Below are positions 1 to 11,239 of a DNA stretch of 64,000 bases, in pieces; the first letter of the stretch is position 1, and each line of letters begins with the position of its first letter. A program made the translations under genes and the position numbers. The stretch comes from Hypanus sabinus (taxonomy: Eukaryota): the NCBI RefSeq assembly GCF_030144855.1, contig NC_082720.1, forward strand, positions 22,940,001-23,004,000, in the 5' to 3' direction. A model generated the notes under the pieces. It had not been told where the DNA came from and made no database searches. It was given only the letters and a program-made list of their open reading frames with translations.

Positions 1-519
1 TACCTTTGAGTTCAGTTCTTTACCTCAAGAAGAGATTGAAATAAGTAATGAGAATGTTCCAAGGTGAGGTTTAGAGTCAAGTCCTTGTGAAGATGCATTC
101 TATCATTAATGAGCCATTGATGTTGTCATGGTAACTCATGGGTACTACTGGCCTCACTATTACATTGTACGTTTTATATTGTAGCATCCTGCCACTTTCA
201 CCCAGCGCATTATCCATACTACATATACAACAATTAACAACAAAGACAGAATCAATATTCTTTATGTTACTTCATATGTTTTCAGTGAGCAGAAGAGCAC
301 GATTCATTTAATGAAAGCAACGTAATATCTCCAAACAGATGTTCCCCATGTACATGGAGGAAACCCGAGCACATGGGGAACCGAGGGTGAACTTCTCAAA
401 TGGAGCATCAGAGCTCAGGGTTGAACCTGGGTCACAGGATCTGTGGGACAGTTACAGAAACCGCTACACTGCGGCACCACCATTGCTGAGACAGAAAGAT
501 GGAATATTGAGCTGCTTGC

Positions 520-2830
520 TGTCCAAAACCAGAAGATTCAAGTTCAATTTCAGATCATCTTTGTACTTTGTGGTATTCAAAGGCTGTAATAAATATAGTC
601 ATACAGAAAAGAAAAGCTTACAAAAGGTTCAGAGAGCTAGGAAATGTTAGAGATCTAGAAGATTATAAGGCTAACAGGAAGGAGCTTAAAATGCAAATTA
701 GGAGAGCCAGAAGGGGCCATAGAAAGCCTTGGTGTGCAAGATTAAGGAAAACCCCAAGGCATTCTACAAGAATGTGAAGAGCAAGAGGATAAGATGTGAA
801 AGAATAGGACCTACCAAGTGTGATAGTGGGAAATTGTGTATGGAACTAGAGGAAATAGCAGAGGTACTTAATAAATACTTCACTTCAGTATTCACTATGG
901 AAGCAGATCTTAGTGATTGTAATGCTGACTTGCAGCAGACTGAAAAGCTTGAGCATGTAGGTACTGTATTAAGGAAGAGGATGTGCTGGAGCTTTAGGGA
1001 AGCATCAAGGTGGGTAAGTTGCCAGGACCGGATAAGATGTACCCCAGGCTACAGTGGGAGGTGAGGGAGGAGATTAGTGAGCCTTTGGCGATGATCTTCA
1101 CATCATCAATGGGGACAGGAGAGGTTACGGAGGATTGGAGGGTTGCAGATGTTGTTCCTTCATTCAAGAAAGGGAGTAGAGGTAGAACAGGAATTTATAG
1201 ACCAGTGAGTCTTACTTCACTGGTATGTAAGTTGATGGTGAAGATCCTGAGAGGCAGGATTTATGAACATTTGGAGAGGTATAACATGATTAGGAATTGT
1301 CAGCATGGCTTTTTCAAGGACAGTTTGTGCCTTATGAGCATGTTTGAATTTTTTGAGTATGTAACTAAACACATTGATGAAGGAAGAGCAGTAGGTGTAG
1401 TGCATATGGATTTCAGCAAATCATTTGATAAGCTACCCCTTGCAAGGCTTACTGAGAAAATAAGGAAGCTTGGAATCCAAGGGGACATGCTTTGTGGTTC
1501 CAGACTGGCTTCCCACAAAAGGAAAAGAGTTGTTGCAGGTGGGTCATATTCTGCATGGAAGTCTGTGACCAGCGGTGTGCCTCAGGGATCTGTTCTGGGA
1601 CCCCTTCTCTTTGTGATTTTTATAAATGACCTGCATGAGAAAGTGGTGGGATGGTTTAGTAAGTTTGCTGTAAGCTCCAACAAAGGTTGGAGGTGTTGTG
1701 GATAGTGTGGAGGGCTGTCAGAGATTACAGTGGGACATTGATAGGATGCAAAATTAGGTTGAGAAGCGGCAGATGGAGTTCAACCCAGATAAGAGTGAAG
1801 TGGTTCATTTTGGTAGGTCCAATATGATGGCAGAATATACTATTAATTATAAGACTCCTGTCAGTGTGGAAAATCGGGGGCGAGTCCATCGGACACTCAA
1901 AGCAGCTGCGCAGGCTGACTCTGTGGTTAAGAAGGCATACGGTGTATTGGCCTTCGTTAATCATGAAATTGAATTTAGGAGCCAGAAGATAATGTTGCAG
2001 CCATCTAGGACCCTGGTCAGACCCCACTTGGAGTACTGTGCTCATTTCTGGTCAGCGCACTACAGGAAGGATGTGGAAGCCGTAGAAAGGGTGCAGAGGA
2101 GATTTACAACAATGTTACCTCGATTGGGGAGCATGCCTTATGAAAATAGTTTGAGTGAACTTGGCCTTTTCTCCTTCGAGCAACAGAGGGTGAGAGGTGA
2201 CCTGATAGAGGTGTATAAGATGATGAGAGGTATTGTTCATGTAGATAGTCAGAAGCTTTTTCCCAGAACTGAAATGTTTGCCACAAGAGGACACAGGATT
2301 ACGATGCTGGGGAGTAGGTACAGAGGAAACATCAGGAGTAAGTTTTTTACTCAGAGAGTGTGAGTGCGTGGAATGGGCAGCTGTGCCTCTATCTGAGTGA
2401 TAGAGGCTGATACGTTAGGTTCTTTTAAAAGATGTTTGGATAGGTACATGGAGGTTAGAAAAATAGAGAGCTATAGGTAAGGCTAGTAATTTCTAAGGTA
2501 GGGACATATTTGACACAACTTTGTCTGTTGAAGAGCCTGTAATGTGCTGTAGGTTTTCTATGTTTCTATTATTAAACAGTCCAAGAATCTCCACACACCA
2601 ACAATACCAGCTGCTAACTCCTCTCTGTAGATCACATTAGTGTGTGATACATTCTTTTCCCCAATTCCACCACCAAGACTATATCTCTGGGATGTTACAG
2701 AAGTTACTCTGTCTCCATTTGTTCTAACCAGTAACAATCCAGTGTTACAGCTAGCACTGTCTGGCGTGATAAGAGGGAGCACAACCACAGCCTGAAATCT
2801 TGTCCCTACACTGAGAAACTGATCGAGTTC
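520..2830 (-). pseudogene. TIM-family IgV exon remnant (V_0), degenerate and split by a CR1 insertion
   Basis: 2571-2750 reads RTNGDRVTSVTSQRYSLGG..., then after a frameshift DLQRGVSSWYCWCVEILGLFN. 520-560 continues (N)DLKLNLNLLVLD, followed by a GCAAGC donor. The flank at 120-510 is homologous to the intron downstream of V_B and V_C. The 5' boundary is approximate. Confidence 0.8.
561..2570 (+). mobile_element. 5'-truncated CR1 LINE with frameshifted ORF2 (RT)
   Basis: ORFs at 568, 729, 1010 and 1773 carry CR1 RT motifs (YRPVSLTS, MDFSKSFD, GVPQGSVLGPLLF, RPHLEYC). The 3' tail is gctgtaggttttctatgtttct. Confidence 0.92.
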
Positions 2831-2989
2831 CCAGCTGGGCAGAATCTGAGGAGTGCTATAGAAAACTTCTATCTATTCACTGGGATGTTGACTGCTTACA
2901 CATCCCCCACTTCTCAAATTTGTCTTCAGGCAGGTGGTGGCAATCAGCTTTCTTTAGTCCCTGTCTTTCCATAGCAGACTTGACACAGT

Positions 2990-3600
2990 TGACTGCCTTG
3001 TGGTGCCATTTTCCTGCTAATCTGTCACCAAAAACTGACAATCACCGGGCATTTGAGACATTAACTGCTGCCATCACCAAGCAAGAAACTGTCCACCACA
3101 ATCATTGTCAGGAATTTCAACCAGGCTTATTTGAAGAAATCTCTGCCCAGTGATCGCCAGCATTTAACCTGCAGCACCAGGGGTCCCAACCACTGTTACA
3201 CTACGATTAGGAAAGCCTACTGTTCCATGCCTAGACCACATTTTGAGAAATCTGATCACTTGGTTGTCCTTCTCCTACCTGCATACGGGCAAAGCACCAG
3301 TGATAAGCACAACAAAGAGTTGGTCGCATGAGGCAAAGGTGTGGCTATGGGATTGCTTCTAGTCAGTGGACTGGGCCATGTTCAAGGACTCATCAAAAGA
3401 TCTGAATGAATGAACGGTGGTCACGGAGTTTATTAAAACAATTGTAGATCGGCATGTCCCCATAAAATCACTCCGAGTTTTCCCCAATCAGAAATGCTGG
3501 ATGAACTTTGAGATCCACAATCTGCTGAGGGCTACTGTAGACCAGTGGCACTCAGGTCTGGTAACCTAATAAGTACAAGGTGTACAGATGAAGTTGTAAA
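2990..3600 (+). mobile_element. Rex1/Babar-type LINE fragment (endonuclease C-terminus)
   Basis: TCSTRGPNHCYTTIRKAY..PRPHFEKSDHLVVLLLPAY motif in ORF 3131-3331. Boundaries approximate. Confidence 0.65.
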
Positions 3601-3775
3601 TGCGGGCTCACTTTTAAAATTTAAGAAAAACTTGGACATGTACATGGTTGAGAGGTATATGGAGGGATATGGGCTAGGTGCATGACAGTGAGACTAGGCA
3701 GAGAAAAGGTTCGGCACAGCCAGGAAGGGCCAAAAGGCCTGTTTCTGTGCTGTAATGTTCTATGGTTCTGTAAAT
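3600..3775 (+). mobile_element. CR1 3' end fragment
   Basis: CR1-type 3' terminus ...ggcctgtttctgtgctgtaatgttctatggttcta. Confidence 0.65.
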
Positions 3776-3879
3776 GTATGGACTGCTCTTTCAGAAAAGG
3801 CAACAGATGGGGGACTGTGTTTCATGATAAATTCTTTGTGGTACTTGGACACAATGGCCTTGTCAGACTCTTATTCCTC

Positions 3880-4545
3880 TGACCTGGAACATCTAAGATC
3901 TCTTAAATGTTGAAATTGAGCTTGCATGCACCACTTGTTCTGTCAGCTCATTCCACACTCTCACGGCCCTCTGGGTGAAGACGTTCTTCTTAGACTTTTC
4001 ACCTTTCACCTTTAACCCATGTCCCACCCAACCTCAGTCGAAAAAGCCTACTTAAATTAACCCTATTTATACCCTTCATAATGTTGTATGTCAAATCTCC
4101 TCTTGATCTTCTGCATTCGAAGGAATAAAGTCCTAACCAATTCAATCTTTTCTCATAACTCAGGTCCTCCAGGTTCAGCAACATGCTTGTAAATTTTCTC
4201 TGCACTCTTTCAGCCTTGTTTACATCTTACCTGTAGGCAGGTGACCAAAACTGTACACAATACTCAAAATTAGGCCTCACCAACGTCTTATGCAATTTCA
4301 ACATAACATCCCATCTCTTGTACTGAATACATTGATTTTTGAAGGGCAACATGCAAAAGCTTTCTTTATGGCCCTATCTATCCATGATAGCACTTTCAAC
4401 AAATTACGGATTTGCATTTGCAGATCTCTTTTGTTCTATTGCACTCCTCATTGCTCGACCAATCACTGTGTAAGATTGGTCCAGCCTAAGTGGAAAACCT
4501 CATACTGGTCTGCATTAAATTCCATCTTCAGTAGGAAGTCTCTTG
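3880..4545 (-). mobile_element. CR1 RT C-terminal fragment
   Basis: ORF 3999-4205 (QRKFTSMLLNLEDLSYEKRLNWLGLYSFECRRSRGDL). Confidence 0.7.
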
Positions 4546-5856
4546 ATGCTCATTACTAATTTCCATACTATTCTCACTTCCATACGATCCATCTGGTTTA
4601 TATGTGCTCTTCCTCACAAAATACAACACATCACACTTCTGAGCGTCCATTGCCCATTCCTCTATCCAGTTTTTGATGTCCATTATTGTCTACTTCATGA
4701 TTCAGAATACATCGAAGTTTTACACCATCTGTATATTTTGAAAATATGATCTATTTTTTCCCTCACATTTTGTGCTAATTTAATTATTTTTTATATATAC
4801 TCACTGTAATTTACAGTTTTTATTTTATATTTACTATTTTTTTTATTATATTAACCTTGATGAAAATCCTATAATTGAATATAGAGTAATATAGCATGGA
4901 AATAGGCCCATGTCATTCATGCCAACCAAGATGTGTGTCTAAGTTACTCCTATTTGCAAATTTAGCACATTAAAAAATAATCAGTGATTATCTGACCTCA
5001 TCAAAAACTGTATCAGATTAATTAGACACCATTAGTCTTTAACAAAGGATGTTTCTAAACAATCCACACTTGTCCCAGTGATTACTAATTCTATACCTTT
5101 TCCACCACCTTCTCCATTTCAAAGCTAAAATACTTTTCATTTTCTTTAAAATGGCTGATTTACTTTCTCCAAGTTTTGCACAACTGCACACACAGTTTGT
5201 ATGGGTGATTTTTGATGTTACAATGTCCGGAGATGGTCACACAATCTGATAAAGACCAAATGGTCTCAATAGCCTAAAACATTGCCCCACTTGTGATTGA
5301 GATGATATTTCCTGTTTCTTCTACACTAACGCTGAATATCCTTGGATGGTCAGTCAGGCGATGCCCATTCTATGTTGAACATGCAACAATTCCAGCTTTT
5401 GCTAAACTCGTGAGATTAATAAACCATTTCCTCCCCACAGAATCGCTTTCTGCTGCAATTCTCCTGGACAATTTACAACAGGCTGTGGATCTTCTGCACT
5501 GGATTTCTCTTTCCCTTTCCAGTGTGTTGTTTCTCACTTCTATAAACAACAAATGGGACAATGAGGAATATTATTGGAAAAGCCACAGGCAATCACAAAG
5601 AACATTCTTGCTGGTTTGTTACATGACGTGGAACTCTGTCACTCTGAGTAAATTTAATCTCAGGATCAATAACAAAAGCATTTGCACCACTCAAGTCATG
5701 GGAAGCATTACTGGAATCAACATGTCATTGCAAATGAAATACCTGATAATTGAAATGTGACAGAAAATTTAACAAACTTTGGCAGGCAAATGTCAACAAT
5801 TTAGTTTGTGTTTAAAATTTCTCAACTACTGTCATGTAGTGCTTGTTTCATAATCT

Positions 5857-5939
5857 CTAATATATCTGCCTATGTGCAGTCCACAATAAATGCAAGGCAA
5901 CCTTTAGAAATCCCAATATGGAAACAATTGTTACTGGAT
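5857..5939 (-). other. Candidate terminal exon encoding a TM-like segment with an internal Lys (speculative)
   Basis: Acceptor ctttaacag; phase-1 reading (D)PVTIVSILGFLKVALHLLWTAHRQIY*. Could be chance hydrophobicity in AT-rich DNA. Confidence 0.2.
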
Positions 5940-5998
5940 CTGTTAAAGCAATTTGTGCTGGGACTAAATATTTGCTGAGGGATACATATATATCCCTC

Positions 5999-6135
5999 AG
6001 AGATAGAGAGAGAGAGGGAGAGAGAGAGAGATAGAGATAGAGAGAGAGAGGGAGAGAGAGAGAGATAGAGATAGAGAGAGAGGGAGAGTTAGAGATAGAG
6101 CTAGAGATAGAGAGAGACAAATAAAGAGAGAGAAA
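5999..6135. repeat. Compound (GA)n/(GATA)n microsatellite
   Basis: Visible agagatagagagagagaggg repeats; these explain the Leu/Ser ORFs at 5857 and 5997. Confidence 0.95.
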
Positions 6136-6545
6136 AAAGAAGCCAAGCAGAATAGGCCCCATTTATTCACACTCTTATTCTCCTGCCTATCAGCTAATCC
6201 TCTTTCCATGCTAGTATCTTTCCTGTAATACTATGGGCTCTTATCTTGTTAAGAAGCCTCATGAGTGGCACCTTGTCAAAAAGCTTCTGAAAATTCAACT
6301 GAACAACATTCATTGATTCTCCTTTATATCCTGTCTGTCATTTCCTCAAAGATTCTTGACAGATTTGTCAGGGAAAATTTCCCCTAAAGGAAACCATGCT
6401 GACTTGGCCTACTTTATCATGAGCTTCCAAATACTCCAAAACCTCATCCTTAATACTGGATTCCAGCATTTCCCAACCAGGAAGTCATTCTAATTGACAT
6501 AGCTTCCTTTTTTCTGCCCCCCTTCACTTCCTTTCACTTTCCAAG

Positions 6546-7211
6546 TGTAAAGAGGGTTTCTTCTTTTTTGTTAACTAGCAGGAATGCTAATTTACTGATA
6601 ACGAGAATGGTATTCCTTTGTAAACCAAAAGGGGATTAATGTTCTTTCTTCTGAGTCTGTAAGCTTTTGTTGACGGGCTTTTGGGCAGATCGGCGCGAGG
6701 GGGTCGAGAGAGAGGACGCAATGCTCTAAGCTGGGCGAGGATCGGACCCCAAAGGGGGGTCCGAGGCCGGGAGATTCTCCGGGGGGGGGGGGGGATGAAG
6801 CTAGATGTGCTTGGTTGACCACTCGGAGGGTCCTGAGCTGTTTGGAGAGTCGAGGAGTTCGGAGGGTCCTGAGCTGCGAGTCGAGGAGTCAGAGGGGATC
6901 GAATGGTGGCCAGAAGACTTCAGTAATTGAGCTCCAACGGTTGTGCACGAAGTGGTTTGGACTTTGATAAGTTTGGCGCCTTTTCTTTAATTTTCTCTTC
7001 ATATATACTGTATCGTTATTAATCACTTAGTTATAGTAACCTTTATAAATTGTACTCATTTAATCGCATATGGTGTACTGTCTGTTTTTGGGCGAGGCGG
7101 GGACATCACACAGCATCCACACCAGCTGATTACCCAGTTTGGCGGGGCCGAAGGCTGCTCCCCCTAGACAAGAACGAGCTGAGCGAGCCTGAGGCGACCC
7201 AGGGAGTTACA
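6546..7211 (+). repeat. 5' LTR (666 bp)
   Basis: tgtaaagagg...ggagttaca. By eye it differs from the 3' LTR by about two substitutions plus homopolymer-region changes. Confidence 0.95.
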
Positions 7212-7272
7212 TTGTGGGGTGCTTGTCCGGGGTTGATTTCTGTGGAAGCTGTGTGATCACTCTCTTTAAATT

Positions 7273-9594
7273 GTGTCTGCGGCGAAGAGCTGGTGTGCTT
7301 TTGTGGGTGTGCGATTGCTGGTTATCACTGCGTGTGTGTTGGGTGGGGTGGCTGCTGTTGTTAGCCTCGAGGTCGTTGTTCGAGTTCTGACTAGTGCTGA
7401 CGAAATGGTGGTGGGACCATGGGTTGTCCGTACTGTTTGGAGATTGAGGAGTGACAGGTTGGGATGTTTCAGCAGTGGTGAGCTCCGCCCGGTTATTGGA
7501 ATAATGTCCAGCCCTAAAGGAGCGGAGGCGTGGGCGGAGCGGACCCCTCAGTTGTTGGGTGAGTGGCAGTGCTTGGCTGAGGAAAAGCGACAGGGACGGG
7601 TTGAAAGTTTGAGTAGACGGGCTGGTGACTTTGTTAGAACTGTCGGGCGCAATTACCTCGAAGTGACCGCTGCCAGTTTTGGGAAAGTGTGGGAAAATGC
7701 GTGTGGTTTGACTGGAAGTCAAATGCCGCAGCTGGGGGGCTTATCATATCCGTGGCAGGAGATTGGTGGGAAGTTTTTAGGGTATCCCTTTTTGCCTAGG
7801 GGGGCAGATAAATTGCTTGTGGTGCCAAGGGGATCTGTCAAGGGGATCAGTTGTTCCGTTGATTCGAAAAGTGTCGGGAAACTTAGAGGAGGCCCAGTGG
7901 GGGAACGGCTTGGGGTCTCTGGGGGAGCACGTTCCCAGCAATGTACCAAGGAACTCCCGAAAGGAACAGACTCTATTCCTGAAGGCTTAGAGGGGCCATG
8001 CGCACAGGTGTTGTTACGGATGGATGGAAGTCAAGTTAAAGCCATCCTCGGCACCGGGGCGCCGGTTAAGTTGCTGTACAGTTTGTTTCATAACCGTTAT
8101 TGGAAGCATTTACCCTTGACAACATTGAGGACACTGGAGATTCGGGGTACCAGTGCCGGTGATTATCCAGACAACGGTTGTTGGTCAGTGAAAATGGAGT
8201 TCTTAGAGGCAAATGTGGAGGAGACTGAGGTTCATGAATCGTTAATGCTGATGTGTCCGGACCCTGTTGAGACGGGCAGCGTTTCTGTTCTAGAGAGAAC
8301 CAAAATCCTGCTGGTGCGCTTGGGGGCCTGCCCGGAGGAGGCGGGTGAGTGCTGTTTGGAGGCATTGTCGATGCACCCAGAGTTTCGAGCTGCTTGTGCG
8401 GACGTGTGTAGCAGCATTGGGCTGATACCGAATTCAAACAAGAGCCAGTGGTGGTACGGCCTGGGGGAAGTATCTGAGGGTGAGACCCTCTTCGTGGACG
8501 CTGCGAAATACCACAAGGGAGGGGAGTTGACTGCTGAAGACACCTCGGAGAGAGAGAGGTTGCGGCGACTGGCCCCTACAGCCGTGGAAGATGTAGGCAG
8601 CGTGTGTATGGATTATATTGCGTTGAAGAGGCGCACTGTCAGTGACCAGAATATGGCCCTGAGGGCCAGAGAGGCGATGGCCTGTCTGAGTGGTGTGAAG
8701 TGGTTTAAGGTGCTGGATCTGAGGAGTGGATGTTGCCAGATCCCGATGAGTGGGGCCGACAAGGAGAAGACGGCCGTTATAAATTCCCTAGGAGTCTTCG
8801 GGTCTGAAAAGATGCCACAGGGCATATCTGGAGCCCTTGCAACCTTCCTGCGGGGCAGGTGGAAGACCATAGGGGATGTGGAGGCGTTTGGAGTTTTGGT
8901 GTATGTGGATGATCTCTTGGTGTTTGGATTTGCCTCAGGAGAATATGAAGTGAGGTTGTTGCAGGAGCAGCTGAGAACTACCGAGTTAAAGTGTTTTCGG
9001 GACACGTGCCAGGGCTGGCGAAGGTCGCAGCTCGTGAGAGACTGTCTGTATGGAATCAAGTTTGATATGAAGACGGAGAGACTGGAGAAAGTGATCTGGA
9101 ACCATTCGGAAGACTTACAAGTTGGAGAGAATGAAGAAAGTTGTCTGACTGAGGGTAATAGCAAACTGAGAACCCGGAGAGGGGAGTTTGCGGAGGTGAA
9201 GAAATTACAGACGAATCTCAGCAGAGAGAAGCGGAAGCTTGAAGGGAACCTGAAGATGACCATCGACAGTTCAAATGAAGTGCAAAACCTGAAAGTTGAT
9301 CTGGAAGAAGTCATGAGGAAGAAAAAGCTGGAGAGAAGTGCAGTGAATACTGAACAGGAGGCTGAAGAGACTGCGGGAGCAGTGCAGGCCACGTGTTTCC
9401 GTTTGGAGAAGATCAAACAGCAGCTACCGATCACAGGAATGAGGAAGAATACAGATTCGATGGATGATGTGCTGGATGTGTGGTACATGCTGCCTTTTGC
9501 TGACTTTCCCTCGATTGAGGAAGAGACCTTTGGCCCTTCTCCCATTGAGTCAGGTGTAGCGGGGAGGGTTAGCTGTGTGCAGTGTGGGGCATGA
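7273..9594 (+). CDS. Chimeric 773-codon ORF: PNMA-like gag, dead protease, degenerate RT, myosin heavy chain rod fragment; no RNase H or integrase
   Basis: Gag-like [30 protein letters not shown]; protease KAILGTGA (catalytic D replaced by G); RT VLDLRSG...MPQGISGA...YVDD; rod [19 protein letters not shown]...[13 protein letters not shown]...[11 protein letters not shown]. The track start is a GTG and the first ATG is about 130 nt downstream. Confidence 0.75.
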   Translation: MSAAKSWCAFVGVRLLVITACVLGGVAAVVSLEVVVRVLTSADEMVVGPWVVRTVWRLRSDRLGCFSSGELRPVIGIMSSPKGAEAWAERTPQLLGEWQCLAEEKRQGRVESLSRRAGDFVRTVGRNYLEVTAASFGKVWENACGLTGSQMPQLGGLSYPWQEIGGKFLGYPFLPRGADKLLVVPRGSVKGISCSVDSKSVGKLRGGPVGERLGVSGGARSQQCTKELPKGTDSIPEGLEGPCAQVLLRMDGSQVKAILGTGAPVKLLYSLFHNRYWKHLPLTTLRTLEIRGTSAGDYPDNGCWSVKMEFLEANVEETEVHESLMLMCPDPVETGSVSVLERTKILLVRLGACPEEAGECCLEALSMHPEFRAACADVCSSIGLIPNSNKSQWWYGLGEVSEGETLFVDAAKYHKGGELTAEDTSERERLRRLAPTAVEDVGSVCMDYIALKRRTVSDQNMALRAREAMACLSGVKWFKVLDLRSGCCQIPMSGADKEKTAVINSLGVFGSEKMPQGISGALATFLRGRWKTIGDVEAFGVLVYVDDLLVFGFASGEYEVRLLQEQLRTTELKCFRDTCQGWRRSQLVRDCLYGIKFDMKTERLEKVIWNHSEDLQVGENEESCLTEGNSKLRTRRGEFAEVKKLQTNLSREKRKLEGNLKMTIDSSNEVQNLKVDLEEVMRKKKLERSAVNTEQEAEETAGAVQATCFRLEKIKQQLPITGMRKNTDSMDDVLDVWYMLPFADFPSIEEETFGPSPIESGVAGRVSCVQCGA

Positions 9595-9866
9595 GTGAGA
9601 GGTTGAGAGAGGAGTTGGTAGTGGGCCCAAGGTATCCCCAGTTGTGTCCGAGCCTGAGGGGTTTAGGTGAAGGGGTACGGAGGCCTCAGAAAGGTTAGGG
9701 AACTCCCAGATAGTTGGCCTAAGTAGCGCCTGAGGAACAGGGCGTGAGGGTTACTGTGTGGGGAGGAGATGTCACTGTTTGTGCTTGGGTTACGGTGTGT
9801 TGGCAGGAAAGGTGGCGAGTTATTTAGTAGTCATGAGGACATGACTTTTATTTGGTGGAGGGAGAG

Positions 9867-10533
9867 TGTAAAGAGGGTTTCTTCTTTTTGTTAACTAGCA
9901 GGAATGCTAATTTACTGATAACGAGAATGGTATTCCTTTGTAAACCAAATGGGGATTAATGTTCTTTCTTCTGAGTCTGTAAGCTTTTGTTGACGGGCTT
10001 TTGGGCAGATCGGCGCGAGGGGGTCGAGAGAGAGGACGCAATGCTCTAAGCTGGGCGAGGATCGGACCCCAAAGGGGGGTCCGAGGCCGGGAGATTCTCC
10101 GAGGAGGGGGGGGGGGATGAAGCTAGATGTGCTTGGTTGACCACTCGGAGGGTCCTGAGCTGTTTGGAGAGTCGAGGAGTTCGGAGGGTCCTGAGCTGCG
10201 AGTCGAGGAGTCAGAGGGGATCGAATGGTGGCCAGAAGACTTCAGTAATTGAGCTCCAACGGTTGTGCACGAAGTGGTTTGGACTTTGATAAGTTTGGCG
10301 CCTTTTCTTTAATTTTCTCTTCATATATACTGTATCGTTATTAATCACTTAGTTATAGTAACCTTTATAAATTGTACTCATTTAATCGCATATGGTGTAC
10401 TGTCTGGTTTTGGGCGAGGCGGGGACATCACACAGCATCCACACCAGCTGATTACCCAGTTTGGCGGGGCCGAAGGCTGCTCCCCCTAGACAAGAACGAG
10501 CTGAGCGAGCCTGAGGCGACCCAGGGAGTTACA
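9867..10533 (+). repeat. 3' LTR (667 bp)
   Basis: Direct repeat of 6546-7211. Confidence 0.95.
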
Positions 10534-11239
10534 CAAGAAAATCATTTTACATCCTTCAAATTGAAGATGTTGCTATGAGAACACAATGTGATCTAATCTC
10601 GACAGACCATATGGAGCAGTTCTTGTTTCAGTTCTATTCAGGATCCATCTCTTACCTCTTCCTTCAGTAAATAGTTGGTAGTATACTTCCTCTTTCTTAC
10701 TCTTACAAGGAAGTCAAACATGTCATCAGTTTTGCTAACAATTTCCACTCAGCTCTCTTTTTTCTGGGATCCACCTCTGGTATTATCTTTTTACTTTAAC
10801 TTTTCCAGTTTCATTTTCAGAAATAAGTGATTGACCATTACTCCTTACAGTCGATGAATGTTCCTGCTGATCTTGTCCATGTCTTTTCCCATAGTTCTCC
10901 TATAAGGATTCCATTCCACCCTCTTCTCCAGTTCCTTGCAATGTGTTCTTCTGATGGCAACACTTTTATAACCACCTTTCCAAGTTCTCTACTTTTGCAT
11001 TAATCATGTTTTCTCTCCTACAGAGTTCCAAGTTGGTGTTTTAGATGTTCCAAGATGGTGCTGAAAAGTGCAAGCTCCAAAGGGAATCATCAAAAGTTTC
11101 CACTTAGGACTATTACAGCTGAAAACCACAGTCACAGACATGGGTTCTTCAGTAAGCAACATTGTTTTGAAGTGTTTTAAAAAATCTATCGATCCTCATG
11201 ATCGGCAGACTCTGGACTGCAGATTTGGGTGACAAGTGC

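Larger units (their letters stand above)
6546..10533 (+). mobile_element. Young non-autonomous Gypsy LTR retrotransposon carrying a captured myosin rod fragment
   Basis: TG...CA LTRs at 6546-7211 and 9867-10533, 4-bp TSD CAAG (6542-6545 and 10534-10537), degenerate tRNA-Pro-like PBS at 7215-7232, PPT ggtggagggagag at 9854-9866. Confidence 0.95.

Noticed and set aside
5470-5549. Minus-strand acceptor reading ...NPVQKIHSLL*, resembling a decayed ENIYxL tail
   Set aside because: No Tyr is present, it needs phase 2, and there is no paralogous copy.
5293-5760. 155-aa plus-strand ORF
   Set aside because: Non-ATG start, no domain similarity and no splice logic.
8613-9545. 310-aa antisense ORF inside the Gypsy ORF
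   Set aside because: No recognisable motif; probably a shadow of the G/A-rich sense ORF.
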